Made by a program: the position numbers and the translations under genes. The notes under the pieces were generated by a model. The model did no database searches. It was given only the letters and a program-made list of their open reading frames with translations, and was not told where the DNA came from. This document shows, piece by piece, positions 46,177 through 56,400 of a DNA stretch of 64,000 nucleotides (position 1 is its first letter; every line of letters starts with the position of its first letter). The DNA is taken from positions 178,452-242,451 of the forward strand of contig PDIP01000012.1 in NCBI GenBank assembly GCA_002811645.1, read 5' to 3'. The stretch is from Corallochytrium limacisporum Hawaii (taxonomy: Eukaryota; Protista; Pluriformea).

Positions 46177-47220
46177 TCAGTCCATGTCCAAGATCTCCTT
46201 GCTGCCATCTATAGTAGGAAGATCCTCCTTCCAAAGTTGACGATAGCTGTTGCTGAGTTTGTCGTAGTACAGGCCCTTCGTGGACGAGAGTAGTGGCAAT
46301 AACTGCACAAGGATACGGACATAGGCCCTTGCCATCTCAAATGCCTTAGATTGCATAGCGTCGAGCATGTTGTTCCATGCCTTCTTCATGAACCAGAGAA
46401 CCGTCTGTTCAAAGTACTCTGTACCATTTTGCTTTGCGAGCAAAAATACCTGGACTTGGTCTTCGAATAGACGAATGACAGAACGTGCTAATGCATTGTC
46501 GTGTAATTCGACCACTCTTTGGCGGTACAGGGTTTCGGTGTGATGTTCATGAGCATCAGCCTTGGAGAACAGTGCCAGGCCGTGCTCAAACGCTGGCAGG
46601 AGGATGCGTTTGCTGGCAGGATCCTCAAATCTGGTCAGGGGCTGCAAAATGATGTGGAAATTGTTGCGAGAAAGTTGAGGTGGTTGCGACTTGGTCAAGT
46701 CGATCAAAGATTGTATCCTTGTTTCTGCTGTCCGGTAGTCCCTAGCATGCAGCAAGGCTGCCATTTCCACACCGACGTAAGCACAATGTTTCACATCGTC
46801 GCATATAATTCTTTCGTATGTGTGGTCGCCTTTTCCGACGCCAGCCATAGACCGGAAAATCTTGCACGAACGAAGTATTGTCTGCAAGAATTCGTCGTCC
46901 GGTCGAGCACTGGTTTGCAGGCGGTTGCGAATCATACGAAGCATTTCAGACAGCAGGCCAACGCTTGAATTGTGGTGCTTTGTGCATTCGTTATGCTGTC
47001 GATGCGCTCTGATCCACGTACACATGTCACATACTATCAAGGTGAGCCGAAGGAGGGTATGGTAAGAGACACCATCGTCTTCGTCGATGGTCTCTCTCAG
47101 TTTCTCCGCCACAGCTCTACCGAGAGCAGACCGAATGTATTCCATTTCAGTCAGTGCATTCTCTTTCTCTTTTTCGTTAGCAGGTGTCTTAAGGAACTCT
47201 TTCGGCCTCAGTGACAACAC
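46177..47220 (-). CDS. ZIP4: ZIP4/SPO22/TEX11 C-terminal part (+1 frame relative to the upstream ORF)
   Basis: C-terminus VLWFMKKAWN...LVQLL..L...K..Y..KL...Y.QL resembles the TEX11/ZIP4 C-terminal LWLM.K.WN block. Overlaps the end of the upstream ORF by 32 nt and has no ATG at its 5' end. Confidence 0.75.
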   Translation of the reverse strand: MLSLRPKEFLKTPANEKEKENALTEMEYIRSALGRAVAEKLRETIDEDDGVSYHTLLRLTLIVCDMCTWIRAHRQHNECTKHHNSSVGLLSEMLRMIRNRLQTSARPDDEFLQTILRSCKIFRSMAGVGKGDHTYERIICDDVKHCAYVGVEMAALLHARDYRTAETRIQSLIDLTKSQPPQLSRNNFHIILQPLTRFEDPASKRILLPAFEHGLALFSKADAHEHHTETLYRQRVVELHDNALARSVIRLFEDQVQVFLLAKQNGTEYFEQTVLWFMKKAWNNMLDAMQSKAFEMARAYVRILVQLLPLLSSTKGLYYDKLSNSYRQLWKEDLPTIDGSKEILDMD

Positions 47221-49084
47221 TGCTCAAGGTTTCATCCAGATTGATCAAATCCACGATGCCACTGAGATGGGTGAGGGCAACTCGTAAGTACAGTAGTTTT
47301 CTCGTAAGTTGAAGTCCTCGGATGCCGCACATTTCCGACACGAAGCCAACGAACAAAGGATACAGTTTTCGTTGCACTGTCCACTGCAAAACTGATTCAT
47401 ACATGGCTTGTTTCTCGGTGTCATCAATGACATCAACAAGCATCAACTCTGAAACCATCTGTTTTGCTTCTTCCTCTTTGCCCAAACCAACCAGGCATTT
47501 GATGTGGGTGAGAACAACATCGGGTGAGTCACCTAAGCCAGTGGGAATCTTTAAAATCTCACCAATGCCATCTTCATATCTCCCCATGGATGCAAAGATT
47601 GTCGCCATGTTGGCTCGCAAAGCCATGATCAACCTTGGGTTGGGTGTGTCAATCGCTAGCAAAGTATCGCTTAAGGACATTACAAGCAGGGCATCATCGT
47701 TCAGGCCGTTGAGTGATAAGCCCTTAGCCCATTCCCAAAGGTGACAACACATAGTGTATATCGTGTCTTCGTCCATTTCATACTCCTCGACAATATCTTT
47801 GATAAGTGCATCAGCTTTGTTGCGAGTGCTAATAGACACAACCATAGTTTGATCGCTCTGTTCACGTATTAGTGCCTGGAGTCTGAGAAGTTTCACAGCC
47901 ACTTTGGCTTTGCTGGACCATGCTTGCCCGACAGGGTTGGACAGACAACCATCCAGAAAAGAAATGATCAGATTGCTACACTCGAAGAAACCCTCTTCAA
48001 GTAACCATTTTCCAGCCTCAGAGTACCCCTCAATGTCGCGCTCATGGACAGGATCGCCATTTCTTGGAAGACACTCTTCCACAACGGAACGAAGATCCCC
48101 TGTCCTGCCTGCTCCAAACTTGGCATTTAGAAGAAGCAGCCACTTCATTCGAGCACCGGGAGAAATCCAGTTACACAAGCAATCCGTACGTAGAAGTTCC
48201 ATCGTCTTCTTCAGCTCCATCTCACTTTCCGCGAGCAACGCGGCTTGCGTGACAAGGCTGACTAATTTTGCTGCTAGATCTCGCATGTTGGTCGGGTGTA
48301 GGTCACCTTGGCAGAGAATCATCAGAGCCCGTTGACTATATCGAGTCGCAACCTTATACTCTTTACCATCTAGTAGGCGGATGGTGCAATTGTGCAGCTC
48401 AATACAAAGGTCTTGTATCAGTCCTGCATCCAGGTCAAGGTGAATCAGTTTGTCGATAAGGTTTGCGCTTTCGGGTGCCTCAGCTCCCTCATAAGTAAAG
48501 GCGATCCTAAACTGGCCACGATACAGCTCAAACAATGCCTTTGTGTCATCTTTAAAGTTTAAGGTGTCTCCTTCACTTTCCTTTAATTCATGTCTTGCCT
48601 TCATCCAATATGTTTCTGCCGTGCGGAACATGTTGCGCACTGTTGTCACACCTCTTGCGCCTAGTTGACTTCTACAGAACCACAGGGCATTTGCAGTTCG
48701 GACATGCATGTCGAAGAGTCGGCGATAAATATCCACACCTTGAAGTTTGTAGTTGACAATCACAAGCAAGGCACAGGCATGTTGGCGTAGCTGGGCCGCG
48801 GGGAGAAATGCAGACGTAGTGCGATCTTTCATAAGAATGGAGCAATTCCAAAGCTTTGTGCTAAGCGTCTTCATTTCAAAGGCATCCTGGACATAGAAGT
48901 CAGTGGGAACCTGACAGTGATTGCTAACTTCACTTACCATTCCTCCAATGTCATGTGTCTGCTTTTCATATTCCTTTTCAACATCAATTCCATCTTCCTT
49001 CTGCTGCACATACTTCAGCAGGCTCTCCGTCGCCTTGGACAGGTCCGCTAAAGTTGATCCCAGTTTACTCCTCAACTGTGACAT
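47189..49084 (-). CDS. ZIP4: Meiotic TPR scaffold ZIP4/SPO22/TEX11, N-terminal part
   Basis: KLWN...AQLRQHACALL...RLFDMHVR motif and LWEWA TPR segments typical of ZIP4/TEX11; all-helical TPR-like pattern. Confidence 0.75.
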   Translation of the reverse strand: MSQLRSKLGSTLADLSKATESLLKYVQQKEDGIDVEKEYEKQTHDIGGMVSEVSNHCQVPTDFYVQDAFEMKTLSTKLWNCSILMKDRTTSAFLPAAQLRQHACALLVIVNYKLQGVDIYRRLFDMHVRTANALWFCRSQLGARGVTTVRNMFRTAETYWMKARHELKESEGDTLNFKDDTKALFELYRGQFRIAFTYEGAEAPESANLIDKLIHLDLDAGLIQDLCIELHNCTIRLLDGKEYKVATRYSQRALMILCQGDLHPTNMRDLAAKLVSLVTQAALLAESEMELKKTMELLRTDCLCNWISPGARMKWLLLLNAKFGAGRTGDLRSVVEECLPRNGDPVHERDIEGYSEAGKWLLEEGFFECSNLIISFLDGCLSNPVGQAWSSKAKVAVKLLRLQALIREQSDQTMVVSISTRNKADALIKDIVEEYEMDEDTIYTMCCHLWEWAKGLSLNGLNDDALLVMSLSDTLLAIDTPNPRLIMALRANMATIFASMGRYEDGIGEILKIPTGLGDSPDVVLTHIKCLVGLGKEEEAKQMVSELMLVDVIDDTEKQAMYESVLQWTVQRKLYPLFVGFVSEMCGIRGLQLTRKLLYLRVALTHLSGIVDLINLDETLSSVVTEAERVP

Positions 49085-49238
49085 CTTGGATCACAAGAAC
49101 AGATACATGTATTCAAAACTAATCAAAACTCACTAATACAGTGAATGAATGAGTAATGTGTAGATTTTCCATGTAGTGACCCCCGTGGCCCGCATAACCT
49201 GAAGCACAGGTTCATGTACCCATCCAAGGAACCGTTTT

Positions 49239-49274
49239 TGAGACCCGCTCCCGGTCAGACGGTGAGACCCACCG
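49239..49274 (-). promoter_or_regulatory. Two GGGTCTCA motifs upstream of ZIP4
   Basis: TGAGACCC at 49239 and 49263 on the plus strand. The 12-mer CGGTGGGTCTCA is identical to the copy at 26874-26885. Confidence 0.45.
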
Positions 49275-50213
49275 GCCGGAAATACTCTGCTCACCGGGCA
49301 CCCTCAAATCTTTCGCGCCTTTACAAATAGGCCCCCAATAATCATCCCTTTGCTCGCCTTCCGCTGCCTGCTTCTCAGGAGTTGCGCCCGCAAAACTTTT
49401 TTCGTGCGTCTCAGCTACCAGGATTGCAGCTGCCGCTAAATAGTGAAAGTGGGACCAATAGTTTTGCGTGCGGAAGATTCCTGTCTGATGCCAATCTTGG
49501 CAGTATGTTGACCACTACTAACACGCTGGGTAGCGGGTGCGCGATTTGGAAGTCCAGACTCTTCGATTTTCATAGACACAATATTAAGTGAGCGCCGCCG
49601 AAAGTCCTCTTCTTCGCCACGGCCTACAGCATTACCTCATCGCTGGGTGGGGGGGGGGAGCAAATCGCGCTCGCTCGTTGGGGGACAGGCGAGGGTAGGG
49701 GATCTGGGAGTGGGTTGAAGGGGTTGCAGGGAGGGCCAGGAAGAGAGACGGCACAGTAGAGGAAGACATAGTGCAGCAAGATCTTTTTTTTTTGAGGTGG
49801 CGGGTCGTCGGCAGAGCGATGAAGAAGTGGTGAGCCCAGACGGAGGAGCGGGCACTGAAGGACCAGGCGGGGGTGCCGGGCTGCCGTGGCTAGCGGTGAA
49901 ACTATCGGCTACCGCAGTCGTCGTCGGTCAGTAGCCAGTGCGCGAACTTGTGAGTAGAGTTCTAGTCCATGGTTGTTCACGGATTTCGAGGTATGGTGTG
50001 AACCCCTCGATATTGCGGTTGTTGTGCTGGTATAAATGTTATGTGGAAGAACCAAATAAAAATTCCCAGTCCTACTACATAATCGCAATCGGACGCTATT
50101 CCAGCCAGCAGCTGAAGTGGGTGGTCGTGAGTTTTGGCGCGCTGGTCGCGCTTTCTGATAGCCGTCCTTGATCGATAACTAGTTTTGGAAATTAAATTCG
50201 AAGACGGGAAAGC

Positions 50214-50798
50214 ATGTCGATGTCAACCTTTTTCGAAGCATTGGAGGAATATATCCTTGCCTTGGCATGTCTGTTGGCACCGGCTGGGTTTGCTACAGTG
50301 ATTTTGGCACTTTTACACCTACATGGTTCACACCATGGACATGGACAAGATCCTGGCACCGGAAGTGGAGGTGACCATCCTGCACAGGAGTCACCAACAA
50401 GTCAACTGATCTCGGGGTTGCCTTTATTTATGGGGTCCTTAATATTTATCCTTTTTGTATTATGGCGGAAGCGTAGTCGCGGAAGTGATGACGATGAGGA
50501 CAGCATGCCGTTCTTCGGATCAGACGGCCGTAACTACGGAACTGCACCTCCTACAAATTCAGAACCTCCGCCACGTTATGATTTGCTTTATGACAATGGT
50601 AGTGTCAGGTCTTTAATCATTGGAGAAGTGGAAGAAGAAGCACCTCCAGCATACGACGTCGAAAAGGCCGATACAGGTTCGCTAACAAATTCGGCTGGAA
50701 CAGCTGCTAGATCACAAGTTATTGACCGGGTACAAACCCAGGATGAAGAGGACAGGGCAAGCATTCATTCCGCACCGGTATCTGCTATGAATCACTAG
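50214..50798 (+). CDS. Small membrane protein with PY motifs (NEDD4/Rsp5 adaptor-like)
   Basis: 194 aa with two hydrophobic segments, a WRKR stop-transfer, and PPRY and PPAY motifs in the C-terminal tail. Confidence 0.8.
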   Translation: MSMSTFFEALEEYILALACLLAPAGFATVILALLHLHGSHHGHGQDPGTGSGGDHPAQESPTSQLISGLPLFMGSLIFILFVLWRKRSRGSDDDEDSMPFFGSDGRNYGTAPPTNSEPPPRYDLLYDNGSVRSLIIGEVEEEAPPAYDVEKADTGSLTNSAGTAARSQVIDRVQTQDEEDRASIHSAPVSAMNH

Positions 50799-51233
50799 CG
50801 CATAGGCTCTGGACCAGGCCTATAATTTGAAGATTCGGACTGATCGAAGTTTGTTCTTGTTCGCATGTATTGTGTTTCGTGTACAATGATATGAGAGACA
50901 CTCCATTGACCCATAATGTCATGCTTAGCATTTATAATTTCAGACTATAAGATTATTTTAGTGCCCACCAAGTGTTCTCGACGTTTTCGGACGGGTCCGT
51001 GAGTCTCGAGACGGTTACCCTAAGTTCCCTCCCACTATATTTGCTGCTCCGTTTCCCCACCCTCCCCTGCCGGCCGTGAAGCTAACCAGTTGCATTGGAT
51101 CCGAGACCTGTGGGAGTCTCATCGCGTTCGGAGGTATCTAAAGCGAATAGAAAAACCTTCCTCCAAATAGTCCACGCTGTATGTGATATACTATGCTTCT
51201 TTCTCATAACGCGGCTTGTGGGTGAAAGGAACA

Positions 51234-51684
51234 ATGAGCCAGAATCCTGACGAAGATCTGACGCGCCTGAGGTCTGAGCTGGTGACGTCCCTGTCCAAGA
51301 TTGAATGCGAGTTCCAGAAAACGATTGTGGGTACCTAGCGATATATATATGTATGTTATTTGTTCCAAAAGATCATGTGGGATTCTAACTATGTTAACTT
51401 TGCAGAACCCTTCCATTGATAAAGCGGATGAAGATCTCGACACTAGCATCTCGAAAGCGATCACAGACACCTATCAAGGGATCGCTAAGTTGTCACACGA
51501 GTTGCGCATCAAAATGATAAAGGACATCCATGATGCTTTCTTCTGTATCTACTCAAATATTGAGGAAGCTGAAAGTGTACTCAAGACTGTTGAACGAGTT
51601 GTCATATCCCAGCAAGCAGTTACAGCAAAGCACGAGCGCCTGACTTCTCGCAAGAATCCTTTCCCGTTTGTACAACAAGACTGA
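51234..51684 (+). CDS. Spliced small coiled-coil protein (exons 51234-51326 and 51406-51684; 123 aa)
   Basis: ATG at 51234. Phase-0 79-nt intron with GTGGGT donor (51327), CTAAC branch (51385) and TGCAG acceptor (51405) removes an in-frame TAG and joins the downstream ORF. Confidence 0.75.
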
Positions 51685-51699
51685 AATTTATGCCAGCGT

Positions 51700-52419
51700 C
51701 TACTTGGCTTCATGAGGTGATGCCAATTCGGTTTCATCCTCCTCGATATCATCATGCAAATGCCTAAGATGACTTAATTGAGCTTGCCATCCATTAGCCC
51801 TGCCCCAGCCTCGGCTCTTGATCAAGTCTGCCCTTGTCTTCCTGTGCACCTTTTCGATGACCTCGTTGGACATGGCCGAGAGGTAAGTAGCCCTTGAAAA
51901 TTGGAAGCCAAAACCAACCCCTACGATACAGAAAATTATCATCATGACCAGGCCATTGTTAAGCACATCACTGCCCCGCATCCCGGCAGGGGCCTCCTTG
52001 TCGCGGTAGAACCACCGAGGATCTGCAGGTCCTGTTCCACTATCACCGTAGGCTTGTCTGCTTGCTTTGTGATAGTCCCAGAGGTTACCATGGCTGGGCG
52101 TGGCTGTCATTTCATAGTCATAGAGTGCCCGCGCATGTCTGTCACTGAGAATTTTGTATGCTTCGGACACCTCTGTAAACCGTTCAGACTCAGCTTTATT
52201 GCCAGCGTCTGGATGCAATTCCCTTGCGAGCGCATAGTACCTAGACTTAATCTCCTTTTCAGTAGCCCTTCGGGGTACACCTAAAGCCTCGTAATGGTTC
52301 TTGGCTCTCAGACTAGCCCGTGAGGTGTGGAAGCCATGAACCTGAGAACTTTGAGCCAGGCGGATCGACCGGCCATACAGGCATTGGCGACATATGACTG
52401 GCGTGCTGCTAAATAGCAT
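51700..52419 (-). CDS. Mitochondrial class C J-domain protein with C-terminal TM helix (DNAJC4/DNAJC30-like)
   Basis: Presequence ending FHTSRASLR, J-domain HYEALGV...HPD...AYKILSD...R..YD, and a hydrophobic helix LVMMIIFCIVGVGFGF. Confidence 0.9.
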   Translation of the reverse strand: MLFSSTPVICRQCLYGRSIRLAQSSQVHGFHTSRASLRAKNHYEALGVPRRATEKEIKSRYYALARELHPDAGNKAESERFTEVSEAYKILSDRHARALYDYEMTATPSHGNLWDYHKASRQAYGDSGTGPADPRWFYRDKEAPAGMRGSDVLNNGLVMMIIFCIVGVGFGFQFSRATYLSAMSNEVIEKVHRKTRADLIKSRGWGRANGWQAQLSHLRHLHDDIEEDETELASPHEAK

Positions 52420-53440
52420 TGTCGTTCTAGGACAAAATTTTGGTATAGTGGAATACGTCGCTTTGGTTCACATTTTGTTAGTAGTTTCCAAGCAGAATCA
52501 TTGGTCCTTCTATTCTCTGTTCGCTGCGTCCGACTGCACCCCACAGTGAACCAATTCTTAGAGGTACATATCGCCAAGACAGTTTGATATAGTTCCGAAA
52601 ATAGCCAACATGTCGTCAACAAAAAAGAGGACATCAACAAGATCATACGTAAGGTGTCGCGTGTGAAATATAAATCATTCGATTTCTGCCGACAGGTCTA
52701 TGATGGCAAGTGTTTCATGGTGATGTGACCCGCTGCTTCCCGGACGTCCGGCCTTCATTCGCTATCAACGCTCCGAACATTTTTTGCCAGGGGTGGGGTT
52801 CGCCTTGGACGTCAACCGTTCGCTGCTCCGCACCTCTGTACTCTGACTAGGTGGAGCGGGTGTTGGGGCGGTGGTTGCGCTTACTCGATGAGCAATCGCT
52901 ACTCGATCCGACCTCAAGGAAAAAATAAAGGCCTATGCTCACCGAGCAATTGACGGATTCGGGCTGGTCACATGCCCCCCCTCGAACGTCCCCGGAAAGA
53001 AGCGTCTGATTCGCGCACAAACTCGCAGTTGGGGATGACTAGGAAGTGGCATTAATATGTTGGGTACTGAAATCCGTATTTGTGAAATTGACGTTGGTCA
53101 GGAGTACCTATGGCCCCAAGACATGTTGACCAAACCCGACACGAGCGTATGCCATCAGCCGGGTGACAAAAATTATCCTAAACGAATGAGTTGTATTTGA
53201 GAAGAAAATTAGGCCCCGATTTCGATGCCGGCGGTGCGGGATCCCGCATGAGATCCAGTTCGCAAGGGCGGGTTACCAACTAGCAGGTACGGGATGGGAC
53301 AGGATCACAGTGCTCGAATTGCTATTTCGGACAGTTAATAGGGCAATAGGGAATCCTCAGCTGCTTGACTTCACAGAAAATTGAAACTTTGCCTTTTGTA
53401 CTTTAGATAGGAACCGAACATGGACTAGTGGTGCAAAACC

Positions 53441-56400
53441 ATGCGGACTTTTGTAGAGACAATCCGCAGGGTTCACCCTGAGTTCCATGGCTTGGAGTCC
53501 TGCAACGCAATGTGTAATGACAGCGACCGCAATGTCGATTACGTTGTTTATACTTTAGATGGAAATTGCATGGTGGCAGCCTTTGGATTAGAGGATGGGT
53601 CACCGGCAGAAAATGCCAAGATTTTGCTATGGACCGTGGATGTTTCGGAAGCGTGCCCATCGGAGCCGACCGGCAAAGACGCGCATTGTGTGAATGTTAC
53701 CTACGTGCCTGCAGTAGAAGGGCTTGTGGTATGCTTGAAATCAAGCGATATTGTGCTCGTCAATGTGCAGGACGCGGAGGCAGAGCATGTCGGATGCTTC
53801 GAGAGTGAACTGTATGGAGCTGCGTGGAGCAACGATCGGGAAGTATTGGCTCTGGTTTTGGGCCAGCAACGGGCGGATGTGCAGGTCACTCTAATGAACT
53901 CAGAATTTGTGCCCCTTGTAGCGACCTACTTGACCGGACCTGATGCGCCGGAACCAGAAGTGACCTCGGTGTCAGTCGGTTGGGGTAAGGAAGAGACCCA
54001 ATTCAAAGGCTCCGGGGCTCGAGCTGAGGAACGGAAGGCCGGAGGCACCAATGCCATAGCCGAACGTGTGCGTAAAGATACACTAGCAAAAATCCACACC
54101 ACCCACCGTACACAGGATCCACGTGCATACATTGCATGGCGCGGTGATGATGAGTACTTTGCTGTCAACGCAGTGGATGAACACGAAGCCGAGGGCAAGG
54201 CTTTCGAACGGCATGTACGCATCTTCAATCGGGAAGGACAACTGCATAGTCTTGGTGTGGAGGTTTTAGGGTTGGAAGGTCCAATTACATGGCGTCCGGA
54301 CGGGCGTATGCTGGCCGCTGTGCAGCGCCTGCCCCATCGCTACGACATTATCTTCTTTGAACGAAACGGCCTTCGGCACAACGAGTTTTCGCTGATTCAT
54401 ACTGATGCGAAGAGCAAAGATGTAAAAGGTGGCGGGCACATTGTCTCGCAAGCGGCTGGCTCAACTGACGTTTGGGACGTGGTCAGCATTACGTTCAACG
54501 AAAGTTCAGATGCTCTGGGCATTCACATGCAGAACCGATTGCAAACACACTCCCTCCTGCAAGTGTGGAAGATGAGCAACTATAAATGGGACTGCCAGCA
54601 GGAGTACAAGGATGTGGGCACATGGTGCTGGGTACCGAACATCTCGCCTCTCAGACTGCACTACTGCAATCGGAAAGACGGGCGACTAACGGAGTCTCAA
54701 TTGGCTTGGGACATGCTTTGTGACTTGGGCATGAGCCAGGTCAACATGCTGAAACCTTCAGCAAACGTGGCGGTCCTTGATGGTCGATTGATCCGCGTAA
54801 CCCCTTTCGACCGGTGTGTAATACCTCCACCCATGAGCCGGGTCACAGTGGACACAAAGCTGGTGCTGGGCGAAGGGTGCGTAAACTATGTGACCTTTGA
54901 CGTGACCGGGAGGATCATGGCCGCCCTCGTGGGTGACACCCACCTGCGTGTCTACGGAACGACGGATCAGTGGGAAACGTACTCAGAAACGCTGTCAGTG
55001 GACCTGCGGGAGTGCATTGATGATAAAGACGTGAATGCCGACGGCCAAGTTGCCCATGTCCGGCAAGCATGTCTGGTCGGTGCCCCCGGGTGGGATGCTC
55101 CGATTGCCCTTGCGGTCATCTGGAGCGTGGCATCGGAGGACTTTTCTCTGTCCGCAGACCGATACTTGCTCGTTTTTGCACTGTTCGGTAAGCAACCAAA
55201 CCTGACCGGCAAAGTCAGGCTTCAGCCGGGGGTGGAAGTGCGGCGCATGGCCCGTGCCGCTGATGACGAGACTTCTCTTCTCTTGCAATGCAATACGGGT
55301 ATTCGGGTGATCGATCTGAACCAAGCGCCGCAAGACATCAAAGTGGTCGACACTTACCCAATGAACTTCCACAGTGGCGTGGTAACTCACTTTGCGGGCC
55401 GTATGCGCCCCAACCCCATCATCATGACCCTAACGAATCAAGGCAAGCTGTACTGCAACATGCGCTCCGTGCGCAGCGATGTCACCTCCTTTGGATTCCA
55501 CGACATTGGTGTGTTGGCTACCACGCATGCCCACCAATTGGTCGTACTATCCCCACGGGAACTATTGCTTGGCATTGGCACCGGGAGTAAACTTGACATC
55601 GGCAGAACCATAGAAAACGGCGGCAAGATAGTTTGTGTTCCGGGAAAGTCAACCATGTGTATTTTACAGATGCCCCGTGGGAACTTGGAATCCATCCACC
55701 CACGTCTGATGGTACTCAACAGGATCCGTGAGGCAATCCAAGCCGTGCGGTACGATGCGGCGTTTAAGCTCATGCGCAGGCACCGTATCGACACCAATCT
55801 TCTGTACGACCTGAACCCGGAACAATTCATTGCCAAGACCGAGACGGTGATGAAGCAACTACTTCAAGTCCAATACGCTTCTGCCAGCTCCGTGTACGGC
55901 TTTGATCCCATCAATTTGTTCCTGACCGCTCTTAAACCTGAAGACGTGAGTGTCACCATGTACGGCGACATCATCACTGCCCTCATTGAGGGCAACAGTG
56001 TTACGCCGGCATCTACGGTTGGCCACCAAAAGAAGGGAGGCGCATCGTCTAAGCCTATCAGGAAGGAACCCAAGTCAGTTACTGCCATCTGCAATGCCAT
56101 ACGTGAGGCCCTCGAGACCCTGGGCGGATCGAAACATGGCATGGCAATTGTCGCGACCTATGCCCGAAGTCAGCCACCGCAACTGGAGGAAGCGTTGCTG
56201 TACATCGAAAAATGGCGCTCGGCCGAAGCAGATGCGGACGACGGTGAGGAGAACTCATCACGCCCAAGCCATGAGGCCATCCTGGACTTTCTGTGCTTCC
56301 TGAGTGATGTTAACGTGCTCTTCGACACTGCTCTGGGTATGTACAACTTTGATCTTGCGCTGATGGTCGCGGAAAAATCCCAGAAGGATCCGGGTGAGTA

